DNA from: Botryllus schlosseri
Lineage: Eukaryota
Direction of reading: 5' to 3'
DNA length: 64,000 bases
Assembly: GCA_051294905.1 (NCBI GenBank)
Contig: CM119372.1
Location: 7,194,001-7,258,000, forward strand
In this document: positions 38,701-50,700 of the stretch, piece by piece
Layout of the letters: the number at the start of each line of letters is the position of its first letter
Numbering within the stretch: the first letter of the stretch is position 1
Position numbers and translations under genes: made by a program
The notes under the pieces: model-generated
Seen by the model: the letters and a program-made list of their open reading frames with translations, nothing else
Database searches by the model: none
What the model was told of the DNA's origin: nothing

Positions 38701-41700
38701 TTCCAATAGCTTATTGCTGCTATCGTCTAATTGGCTTGAAGATATAGTGACTCCATCCCAACACTGATATTGCTATGCAGGAACTCTATCAGCTGATCTA
38801 GGTTCTTGCTAGGGGTCTGTTCAAGATGCTTTATTGTCTATTTAATTGTGGGAAGAGCATGAGTAATATTAATAATAATCGTTAAGTTGTATTTTTCATC
38901 TGAAAAAGTCACACACAATGTAGAATGCGGCAAGACACAATGCGATGTAGTGAACAGGTTTGAGGATATCGAACGACACGCAGTTGCAGTCATTTTTTAT
39001 ACTGACATCCACCTCGGCCTAAGTGCCCGATGTCACAGTTCTTTTCGATGTTGATCTTTTTGAAGCCGCGGCCCTTTTTAGTTCTTTCCATTCGTTGTGA
39101 GTGCTTTCTTTCGTCGGGTCGGTTTCTGTGCTTTTTTGTCGCCGTAAGAACGGCGACGGCGGGGGATGCTAGCGCATTGAGACTACAGAAGTTACCATTC
39201 CGGTATACCGAGATGCCGTACGACAAGAAGTCGAAAGGGTACGGAAGATAATTACAAATACAATTATAAATACAACATCCGTATACAAGCGCCACTGATA
39301 TCATTCGCTCAGCAGAACCTCACATCACGTAATAGTGCGCCTACGACAATACCGGTACTCCGGTATTTGGCGGGTGTTGTCTGCAGTTGGCCGCTCGACC
39401 GTGAAAATTGACACTTAAGTCTGGTGGTGCGCTGACTTAGATTTGAGTGCCGATCCGGACGCATTTGAGTGTGAGTATACTTTTTGGCGCGAGTTGAGTA
39501 ATGAAATCGTTGCTGAGTAGAGAATCGCCACTCAGCAGAGAAATTGGGCTCCACCCTTAGTTTTAGATTGAAAAGTCGAAAATCCACGGAAACGTCAAAA
39601 TCTTCAACGTTTTCTTCCACTTCGGATATGATTTCGAAACATGTAATTGACAGACCTACGGGGCTCGTTCACTTTCGGACCAAAGTCATTGCAGCCTTAC
39701 GGAGAAAATAGCTTTTTGGTCCGAAAGTGAATGAGCCCCGTTCTGGTCCGGTTTCGTCAAATTCCGATTTGAGATTAGGCTGCATGATTCGCAAAATACT
39801 TATTTTGAAATGTTAGTAACCTTAATAGCTTTCATAAAAAATGCATAGATACCTCAAATATGTGACTGGCGGCATTCAACTTGAATAGTGCTTTCGGAAC
39901 AATATTCATTGCAGTAGAATTTATTACCTCGGTGACTTTTCGGGGAATTAAGGGCACCATAAAAAGGATAAAGAGTTTGTATACAATCTTTAAACATTCC
40001 AATAATATATTCAGCTGATCGTCTGTGTAGCGTCTTCTGAGTATTGAATAATTTGATTCTCTATTATCCCGTTGTTATGACTACCGCAGTACCGGTACAG
40101 CTGACTTTGGCCAGCTACTGTTCCTTTTTATCATTGCATTGTAACGTCAAATTTTGCCAACATGGATTTCGTTTGAATCTCTTTCTATATGCTTCTTATT
40201 GTGCCGATAAGGGGCATACGAAATCCCTGCAAGTTAATAAATTATACTGCAGTGAATGTAGTTTTGAAAGCAATATTAGAGATACCCCAATAAGCGATGT
40301 TTGGCCACGTATATTTCAAACGCAAGAACAACGAAATAGCACCACTACAAATTGATCAGCATTCCAAGCATTATTGCTTCTCCTGAGATTTTCTGTGTCT
40401 TGGGCAAACCAGTTGGTTGCAAGTATCACAGGCAAAACGGGTATGCTTTGCACATCTGTCGCATCATCCTGGTTTGATACCAATCACGCCTGGTATAAAA
40501 CCCCTATTATGGCCAACTGGAATTTTTCAAAATGCCCTACATTTATGTTCGAGGTAGCCTATTGCTAAAATTGTCATAAGCAACTCTATCACGGTCATAA
40601 ACTCTACAATTTTGGTCGGATTGACTTGAATTTAGTAGGAATGGACTCGTAATTTAATGCTGCGTATTCACTATTCACAATTCACATACCGAATATGCCA
40701 GGTATAAACCCCTGGGACAGCTCTTTCTACACACGTATGCAGGACCGTAACTGCCGTACCCCAAACCCCCATAATTTAGGGGGGAGCTCGAAGGGGGGCC
40801 AAAACTATTCGTGAATTAACATAAATTATAGGGTATTTTTTGAAAACTTATGCAACTTTTTAGAAAAATAATATCATTATATCATTTTCCGAAACGCCTC
40901 ACTCAGCTCGGCCGATAAATCTGAATGCATGAGCAGGGATAGCATAAAAAATTTACAGCTATATATATGCAATTCCCGATCATGTTGACCGATTCAATCA
41001 TGAATTAGGGAATATTTTCGCGCTTCGCGCGGTTTATTCGAAATAAATCGATCAAATGAACGGTACAAAAATTTAGCTGAGCAGTAGCGTTAAAAGGTAT
41101 CGGAAGGGGGGTCCGGGTGTAAAGCCCGCCAGAAGTTAGGTTTATCGCCCTGTGGGGCCCAGGACCAACGTTTTGTTATTGAGGGGGGCTGACGAAGTGC
41201 TGTTACGGTCCTGCACGTAGGCACAATGCACAGGTTTCCGGCGGGATATACGCTGAGTGCTGGAAATTGATTATGGCGACTTGTTCACTTACAGACTATT
41301 TCGAAAATGACAAATCGTAGGGACATGTGCTAATCACAGAAACAATCTATAGTTGTCTATTATAAGTAGAACTCGAGATGTGGACTGCATTACTGAACAG
41401 TTGCTTGAATTGCAAAGCCGACAGACAGATGTGGAAAGACAGGTTTACGAAAGCTTCCTTGACTCAATTTTAGCCAAATGTGCAGACGATGGAGCATAAT
41501 CTCTCAGATCTTTGCTAGCAAGCTGCAACAGCTCTTTTGCTATTTCCGACCACATCACCTACCTGTGTGAATCTGGCTTTTCAACTCTGACGATGAGCAA
41601 AAGAAGTTTAGCAATAGACTTCAACCGGAAGATGACATCAGATGTAGGCCTACATTGACAAACACAATTCCGGAATTCAATAGCCTTGTCAAGCGAGATC

Positions 41701-44700
41701 AAAGACAAGGCTCCCATTGAGCGTGGGTTGAGTGAAAAACAGTGCTTGTCTTTTTGTTGATACCGTATTACACTCTCTTGGATAGAAATAAAAAATAAAC
41801 TGTTTTTCGGTAATATATAGCTTGAGTCCGCGGATATACTGGCGAGCTTGAGATGAGTCCGCGGGTCAAAAAGGTTGAGAACCACTGTACTAGCCTATTG
41901 ATTTGCAGCCTACCTATTGTTTGCTCGTACTGATGATTTATAGATTCTGATAACATTTGTCTTGTAAATGAATAATAATAATCATTACCCATAACAAGAA
42001 ATCATATCATGCAGTGGTATACCGTACTACTACACTACTTAGTATGCCATGTTGGTGATATTTGAGAATGCTAGAGAAATTCGCAATGCTGGTAATCGCC
42101 TTATGAGCAACTGTTTTTAAATCAATGAAATTTCTTTTTTCATTCTATGGAAGTATTTGTGTGCGGTCTCTATAAAAATGGTGTTATATGTCGAAATGTT
42201 ATACACATTGAAATTTTGCCGCGAGCAGTATCGAAGAAAATAGGTTGTCTTCGCCTCTGTGACTTTTAGCTGTGTTGCAGCTTATTCTGTGCCCAGGGGC
42301 ATGAAATTAGTCATATTCTCTTGAAACGAAACTATATATTTCATTGATTAGTTTTCAATGTATTTTAGGCCATTGCTATCGTCTGGAGAATTTTATGGCA
42401 ACGGACAAATATCTGCTTCTCATTACGCATTAGCAACGGCTTATGACAGGGTATCCAAGAAGCTGGCCGAAGCTGAGAAGCGAAATCTGCAACTCAGGCA
42501 AGAAGCTAGCCTGAGAGATCCAGTAAGTTTTGCAATGTGCCAATTTGAGTCGACATTGGTGTGCCATTTGCTAATCTTTTAAGCTTTGTTGTTGAAGTAC
42601 CATGCTATGTCAGTTAGAGAGTATGTTATCTTGTCAGTGGCCAGTTCAATCTAACATATGATACTGTTTACTGAGTTAGTTTACCTGTTGTCATTTCAAG
42701 TTTAGGTTTCTCTATGTGGTGGTTTGTTGGTTATTATTTGAGCAAATCTAGTATTTATTATGCACGCACATTGATATTTGTTTCCTGAATCATTGCAAGG
42801 CGCAATACACTCAATACAGTATGACAAGCATGTAATATGTATCTATAGCAGTAGTGCCATTTCTACATTATAAATTACTGCTCCAATGGTATTCAATCTG
42901 GTGATTGAGGCTTTTATTATATAATGGGGAATGAAATATCTATATCAGTGTACTGTTGCAGGGCTGAGTCATCATCTTTTTCTTGACTGTTTATTGAAAT
43001 ACTCACTTGACTAAGTGATGTCCATATTATTGCATGACTTTTCGTTTCATAAGGACGAGGTAGATCACAGTATTCGATCAGATTAGCTGGTTTTCAATTA
43101 TAGAGCGGAATTTGATATCCTGTAAGTTAACATATTTCTCAATTCATGACAAAATCCAATCAGGTGTGGGTACTACTGATGCTGAAGATATACTAGTCCT
43201 TGGCTGCATCCCTATGTCTCATTTCTGACATATTGGTTTCACCCATATGTAGCTGTCTCTAATGTATGACTTTTATGCAGTAAGTCAGTGTGGCATCGGT
43301 ATTCACCACCATGAAGCACAATTGTTGTAAGCCAGTTACCGTAATTTGATCATGTACAGAGATTACTTTTGATAGCAATTGAGCAAAGGACAACAGAGCT
43401 GGCTCTGAACCGGTTTCACGACTAGGCTTGTGATGCCAAAAAGTCACTGGTAACTCTCAAGTCTCATTTCAAACTAACTTATTTACACTGATGATACATT
43501 GCAATGATACGCTGCATATGAGAGAATGACATGTGTTGATTTCTATGGAATTGTTGCTTAATATTACTGGCTTGTGGCTTTGTATTTATTGCATTGGTGT
43601 ATTGTAGTGACACAAAATCAATCGCCAAATACCGACTGCCGGTAGGCATTGATACTTGATACCTTCACTATGTCGTGCGTTTGATTACATTATCATAACG
43701 GTGATGTGATTTTCACTTGCGGCCGTCTGGCAGAAGGTTGCAAGCCGTCATTTTCAGTAAGCATCGAAAACGCTCATTGCACTGTCAGTACTATGTTGAC
43801 TTGGTGCTAAGGCATGCGTCTTGTTGTCAGTTTGAGATTACATTTGTGTGGAATGCTGGAGCTTTATGACCCAGGTTCGGTGGTGTCAGACTGTCTACTA
43901 AGGGAATGTTATAGATTTGGCATATCACCTTATAGTATGACTGGTTGTAATACTATTTCATTCAATTTCTAGTCGTATTCACCAAGAATGTCCTCTTCTC
44001 AAGCAAGCTACGCGTTACCATCAAATCTACAGGACAGTGTCAACCAAGCCTGGGAAGCTTACAATGAAAAGTGCAAGGAATGTCAGCAGTTACGGGAAGA
44101 GCTGAAGGAAGTAAAACACCGAGTAAACAACAGTACTGTAAGTCATCTTTCACAGTTTTGATCCGAGGAATTGATTTTCAATAAACTCCCAGTGGTGGCT
44201 GTACTGAGGTTTCAGTTTCAGATGAGATGAAAAATCACATGTATAGATTATTATCTCGCCAGTTTATCAACTAAATAATGATGCAGTTGGTTATGTGACA
44301 AAGCTGAAATGATACCACAAATGTTGACACCTATTGAAACAGTCTCTATGCTCCAGTTTGGTTTTATTACAATTATGCATCATTGCATTGTTTCTGTCTG
44401 TTAAAATATTGAAATTATTTGCTTTCTGGACTGTATTTTTCTACGCAATTCGCATATTAATGAAACCTAGCATGATTTGGGATCAGGTGTAGCCTACCTA
44501 TAAAGATTTGAGTTCTATGTATGTCATTCCACCAATTCAGTGATTACATTTGTCAATTTTTGGTTGTTTTTGGTAGTCTTTCCCGGGAGAATTATTAATA
44601 AGTCGAGATCAAAGCCATGTAGGCCTACTGGTGCAGTGCCAAACATATTTGTATAAATTTTTCCGAGTTTATTATTCTTCAGTGTCTTGTGATGTTCATG

Positions 44701-47700
44701 GTTAGACGATTTCATCAGTGACGTTTTATGTGTAATACGATTGTTGATATTGATCTACAAAGTTTTTCCAATTCTCTACTAGTTGCTGACGATTACTCCT
44801 GATTAGTGTCAGCCGAAAATATTTGGGTTCATTTCAAGGTGTTCTGCGGATTTTACTTCAATGATGTTGTCAATTCAAATAGCCGTTATTTCCCTGAGCC
44901 TAAATGTTTTGCGTTTCATTGCCATTATTGATCTATTCCGGCAGGTTCAAATCATTCTTGGACCATTCTTCCTGTATTCTCTGTTTGGTTGACTTCATCA
45001 TTATCAGTCAATTGAATTAAGACAAAAGTATGATGTTCGAGATCTGTGATGACTCAATTCTCACTTGATGCTAACTACAAGGTAACAGCGGCACACGAAA
45101 ATACGGCCGTGATGTGCTTCATTCAATATCACGATGTGGTAGCAATGAATTTCAAAAAGCTCTGCGCTATTTTCATGTCTTTAGATCAGGGGTGGGCAAA
45201 CTACGGCCCGCAAACTACACCATTCTGTGCGGCCCGCAAGAGTCTAAAGAAACTTATTTAAAATATTGATAAAATGCGTACTGAAAATCGAAATAATGCA
45301 GGGACTTCATTAAACTTTTTCCTAGTATATATCACTATGATAATTATAAGGCAGTGGTTCCCAAACTGGGGGCGGGGGCATAAAAGCATCTGAAGGGGGG
45401 CTCGAAGCTGAGCTTAACTGAAAATTTTTTTCGCGATACGCGCTATTTACATCCCGTTCATCATTTGCTCTGCATTTAGTATGAATTTCATATCTAAAAA
45501 TCTCTCATCCACAGTCGTAACCTTCCATGCCACCAAACTATCCGTTAGGTTTACTAGCATCCTGGTTGCGTTTTGTGATATGACGATAAGGGGGCGCGAA
45601 ATCTTTTACCATCATAAGGATGGGCATGTTCTAAAAAGTATGAGAACCACTGTTCTAAGGTAAATACCTCCTATATTATTTTTTATGTTTAATTTCTGGC
45701 GTGTCAGCCCGACTGCTTTCAACTGCTAAACATCACAGAAATCTGAAACGAGATTGACGGATCACGAGTGTGATTTCAGATTGGCAACTCCTGTTTTAAT
45801 TAATTCAGTGATGTGCTTATAAAAATCAAATTTGCGCGTGTGTTAGGTAGATTCGTTCTCTGGATGCGTAGAATTGGGGTATATATATATTATTTACACA
45901 TAGTAGAAGCGTGTTTGAAGCTAACATGGTTATGATGCTGTCAGCATTGTGTGTCCTGGAACTGAACCAAAAGTGGATTTAGTAAATCTATGAACAGATC
46001 GCTGCTCACAGATTTAAATTTCAATCCTGTTCCAAGAATCGAGACAACCGACTTTCATCTCTATAATTTTGACAAATTGGTTATTGAGGTCGACCAGTCT
46101 ATAAAATTCCGCCACTGTTTCTGACGCGTGTACGATATCATCAAAGCAATGTTTGGATTGTTTCATATAAGCATATATATTATCTCCATGTCATCACTAT
46201 ATAATCAAATACCAATATTGCGCTTTGGTTTTTAATCACAATTTTATATAGTGTGGCCCGCGAATGGATTCAGATGTTGACTGCGGGCCGCGAGCTCAAA
46301 AGTTTGCCCACCCCTGCTTTAGATGGTAACAACAATCCTTGCATTCCATCTGTTTTTTCTGTCTCAATTTTCAAGGGACGAGCATTTGCTTGCGGCTTTA
46401 CTTCTACCGGGGTCTGCCGACCAAGGTATGAGGCTTTCGGTGTACGAAGGCCGAGTTGTTGGAAAGGAAATGAAAAGATCCTTGCTGTAATGTCTGCTTG
46501 CCTTACCTTACCTTATGGAAGCATCTGCCCCGATTTCAGCACTCCAGCGAAATCCAAAATCTCCAAGAAGATGTCTTGCGTGAAAAAGCAAAACAGGACG
46601 ACGTCACGAGGAGACTGGAGAAGACAAAAATGGAGGCTGACCACCTAGAGAAGAAGGAAATCTTGGCTCGGGAAGAGTTGGAAAAAGAGAGGGTGAGCTT
46701 GATATTCTCGAGATGTCCGAATTCGAATGACGGTTTTCATCCTATATTTGCTAGCTTGTTGTGATGTACAGGCAGGCAACATTTCACACTTGAATGAGAA
46801 TGTATTTTGATGTTTAGTAAAATAAGTAACTCTTGTCTAAATGGTCATTACATAGTCTTGCTATGTTCATAAAGTTATATGGCTCAGTGAGACAGTTACA
46901 GTGACTGCGTACTAAAACATTAAAATATTTCCAGGCAACCAGCTGTAGTGTGGTTTTACCTTGACAAAAATTCAGACTCTTGCTTGAATCACTACAGAAG
47001 TAATGAAATACGTATGATACATATTTTAATTCTTGGATAGCGGTATACATTCTCATTTAATTGGTCACATGTTGAAAATCCGGGGTACATTAACCTTATT
47101 GACGATGCTGCAGCTCCTAGTTTTTTTCACTATGTCCTGCATTACTATAGGCCTACTACATATAGTGACTACCAGAGTTGGTAGGTAGCGGAGTACCAGT
47201 TTTTGGAGTACCGTAACACGGGGTGACTTTAGCACTGCCGGGTGACTTTGGCCGAAAACCAATATTCGTTTCTATTGCACACATCGAACAATATATCGAT
47301 GTATGAGTACTTTGAGCAATTGTTTAGGAACAATCTGCATCAATAGAGTACTATTAATGCAAATTTCATGGTTGATACAACACTTTTACATGTTCGCAGC
47401 CATTTTTATATTGACAGGTATGGTGAGAAATTTCACCACACTTTTTACGTACTCAAACTTTTGTTTGGTTTACATGCAAAGTAGGTGTTTGAGGCAAATT
47501 CCTTTGATTTGCAGACAAAGGCTATGTATCTGACAGCATTTCTGGGGTTTTATGGGCGAAACTACAGTTCATTATTTCAAGATTGTCAAAATCATGTGGC
47601 TGATCAATTTTTTAAATTTTTTGCAATTTATGGGGTGACTTTGGCCAGCTATTTAGAGTCAGCTAAAATGGGTATTTTTTGAATCAAGATTAATCTTAGC

Positions 47701-50700
47701 ATTTGTATCTTCTAAATAATTAAATGCCAAGGAAATATAGAAGAAATCTTGGTGCCAGGAGTTGTATAGACTACTCCGCAGATGAGATCCAAGCGGCACT
47801 AAGAATGGTCGAGGAAGGAATGTCGGAAAGATCTGTTAGTGAAATAACTGGTATTCCGAGAGGGACTTTACAGAATAAAAGGATAGGAAAGCATCCGAAA
47901 TCACCAGGAGGCCAGCCTGTTTTATCGTCAGATATGGAATAGCAGACCATTGTATGGTGCAGGCAGATTTTGGATTTCCTGTAGACAAATTTTGTCTTGG
48001 GAAAAGTATCTCGAGAGAGGAGGTTGCCAGGATAATTGCTATACAAGAGGAGAAGAAGGCTTCAAAACGGAAGAAAAAATGGTGACCAACCATCAACATC
48101 CCAACAAAAATGAGTTGAATTAGTCACAAGCACTCAACATGAAAGTCATGACGATTCTTCAGGAGCAGAAAATTTCCAAGAAGATTTATGTAATGATGTA
48201 GTTGAAGTGGGAGCATTAGAAAAGGAATTGAGAGCAAAACTAAAAGCTGGCCAGTAGGCCTATGTAATAATTAAGTATAAGGGAGAATTATTTCCAGGTG
48301 CTGTGGAGAGTACAGAACAGCATGGTGCAGAAGTCAGTGTTATGCAAAAATCAGGAAGCAATTGGAAATGGCCAATTCAAAAAGACCAGATATGCTATTA
48401 CTGGAAAGATATTAAACAGAGAATCTGCGACCCGGACTCACTGAATGCTCGTGAAATCTACAAAGTGAATGAACTTGAAGGGCATTGGCATTGAACTACT
48501 TTTTGTCATTGGTTTGTTTAATTTCGTTGTAATTTTGAAGATTTTTGTGGTTTTGCATTCAAATTAAAGTCTGAAAAATCACCATTGGTTGGATACTTCT
48601 TTTTTAAAAGACTGTAGATGGCCAAAGTCAACTTCTCAGCTTGTGTCATTGACAAATATGACTGCTAGATGTCCTGGAAGTACAAAAAATGGTGCTCGGC
48701 TAAAGACACCCCATTGCCGGGTGACTTTGGCCACCACAAAAAAATTGAAAAAAAATTATCAAAAACATGTGAATAATTTTCTTTTCCAAGTTTAATCCAT
48801 AGATCTAACCCTTCCGCCCATAGCAAAGTTGAAGAAGGCAGAAAATAATAACATATCATAAAATAATTCAACATTGAATGTGAAAAGTGGTACAAAGTCA
48901 CCCCGTGTTACGGTACCATACTCCAATAGGTTTTACTTACTCGGTTATCTTACTGAAGTGGCTGATGGTCATGTTTATAGATTACTTTCACCCCTAGTTA
49001 TCAGTTTTTTAAGGAAAACTACACTTTTTTATTTGGGAAAGTCAAAAGTAGCATAGGTATACGTTAGATTCACTTTTATGTGTCCAATTTTTTAAACATT
49101 TGGTTGAAATAGCCGAATTGTATCACAGTAACTGAATATATGCTCCTAGTTGTAGAGTCGTTAGTCAATTTGCCGCGTCCGTAGCGTAAATGCTCTTTGC
49201 AATTTCGAAAATAGCCTCCTCCAATTACTGTGAAAAGAGTAGGACCCCTCGTCCAATTCTAGGTTTTTGGGTATTAGTTACCTGAATACTTTTTTCAGAC
49301 CTGGATTTCTCTACTTATTCGTGCAGTAGTTTTACATGTTTTGAAAGTTGCTCCTTTGAAGAGTAATTGAGTAGAAATTTATGACGTCACATCGTCACTT
49401 CTACTGCTATTTGAGTAGGCCTACCAATGCCGACTACTTTGATCATTTCCGCTGCGTCGTGGCAATGTTGCACATCCACCGCCTAAATCGGTGGTTCTTG
49501 ACCCTTACGTTAATTTGCAAAACTTTGGCGGATCCCAAATTTTTGCTGAGTTCTCAAAACAAAAATCTACTATATTACACATCCGATACATTACTACACA
49601 ATACTGGTGCAAAAAAATGAACAGTGCATCAAGAACGGTGTTAAATGAGCTAAACCGTTAGAACACGATCTTCAAACAAAACTAAAACATTGTAATGAAT
49701 ATTTACTTCTAATCAGCGAGACTTGACCTCCTCTGAATCATTGGCTCAGCAAACTCCTCGGTTTCATTTTGTCAAAATCAATAACAAGCTGCTGACTTTT
49801 CCGGACAGGAATATCAGAAGAATCTGATACAGATCGCAGAGAAGAAACACAATGAGATGGAACAACGGATCGAGGAACTGGAACGAGGCCTGGCGAACGA
49901 GGTACGAATTTCGACGGAAGCAGTGCGATGCCTAGAATCCGTGCATGTTGTTTCCCGCATTTGTAGAAAAGCCTGACGGAGGATTTACGAATGCGCGAAC
50001 AAGACCGGGCCATAGCGCTGGAAGAGGAATTTCTTGTGAAGCAGGACACTTTCAAAACGAAAATCCGGGAACTTGAGGAGCATAATATTTCGTTGCGGGT
50101 GAAAATGACTTGTTGTGATATTTGTACAGTTAGAAAATTACCCCCCCTGATGGACCTGTAAAGCTTATTACTTGGATTAGTTTCGAACGTATGTTAGTTA
50201 GATATGCAGTACGGTATTTGTAACTTTTCATTTGCTTGTCTGCCTCTCATCCGGTTTAGACTGTGATAAAGATGACAATGGTGATGCGTGGTTCAATTGG
50301 TATTCGTTCTTCTTCCAAGCATGTGCCCTCTCTACTACCTCATCCTTCTGCTATATTCTGTAGCAACTATAGTTGCAATTTGTGATTTTGACTCGATAAA
50401 ATCGGTTGCACCGCATATATTTGAAATTTGATAATATATTAATATATTAATATTGAAATCAACCTGAATATTTTCGGCCGACACTCGTCATGGGTAATCG
50501 TCAGCAACATCGAAAGAAATGAAGCGAACATTGTGCAACAAATATCATGTATAATCCTCTGTTTCTCCTTCTCGCATTGCAACCTGATTCTTTTGTTTAT
50601 GACAGGAAGAGGTGGCCGTTTTAATATCAATGCAAACGGGAAACTCAAACCCTAGCGGTCCCGGTTCGAGGCCGTTTGTAAATGGAACTTCACCCAATCC

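Noticed and set aside
47173..49432. Outer hAT-like element enclosing the pogo transposon
   Set aside because: The termini are only loosely complementary and no matching 8-bp TSD was found, so it is not supportable as a defined element.
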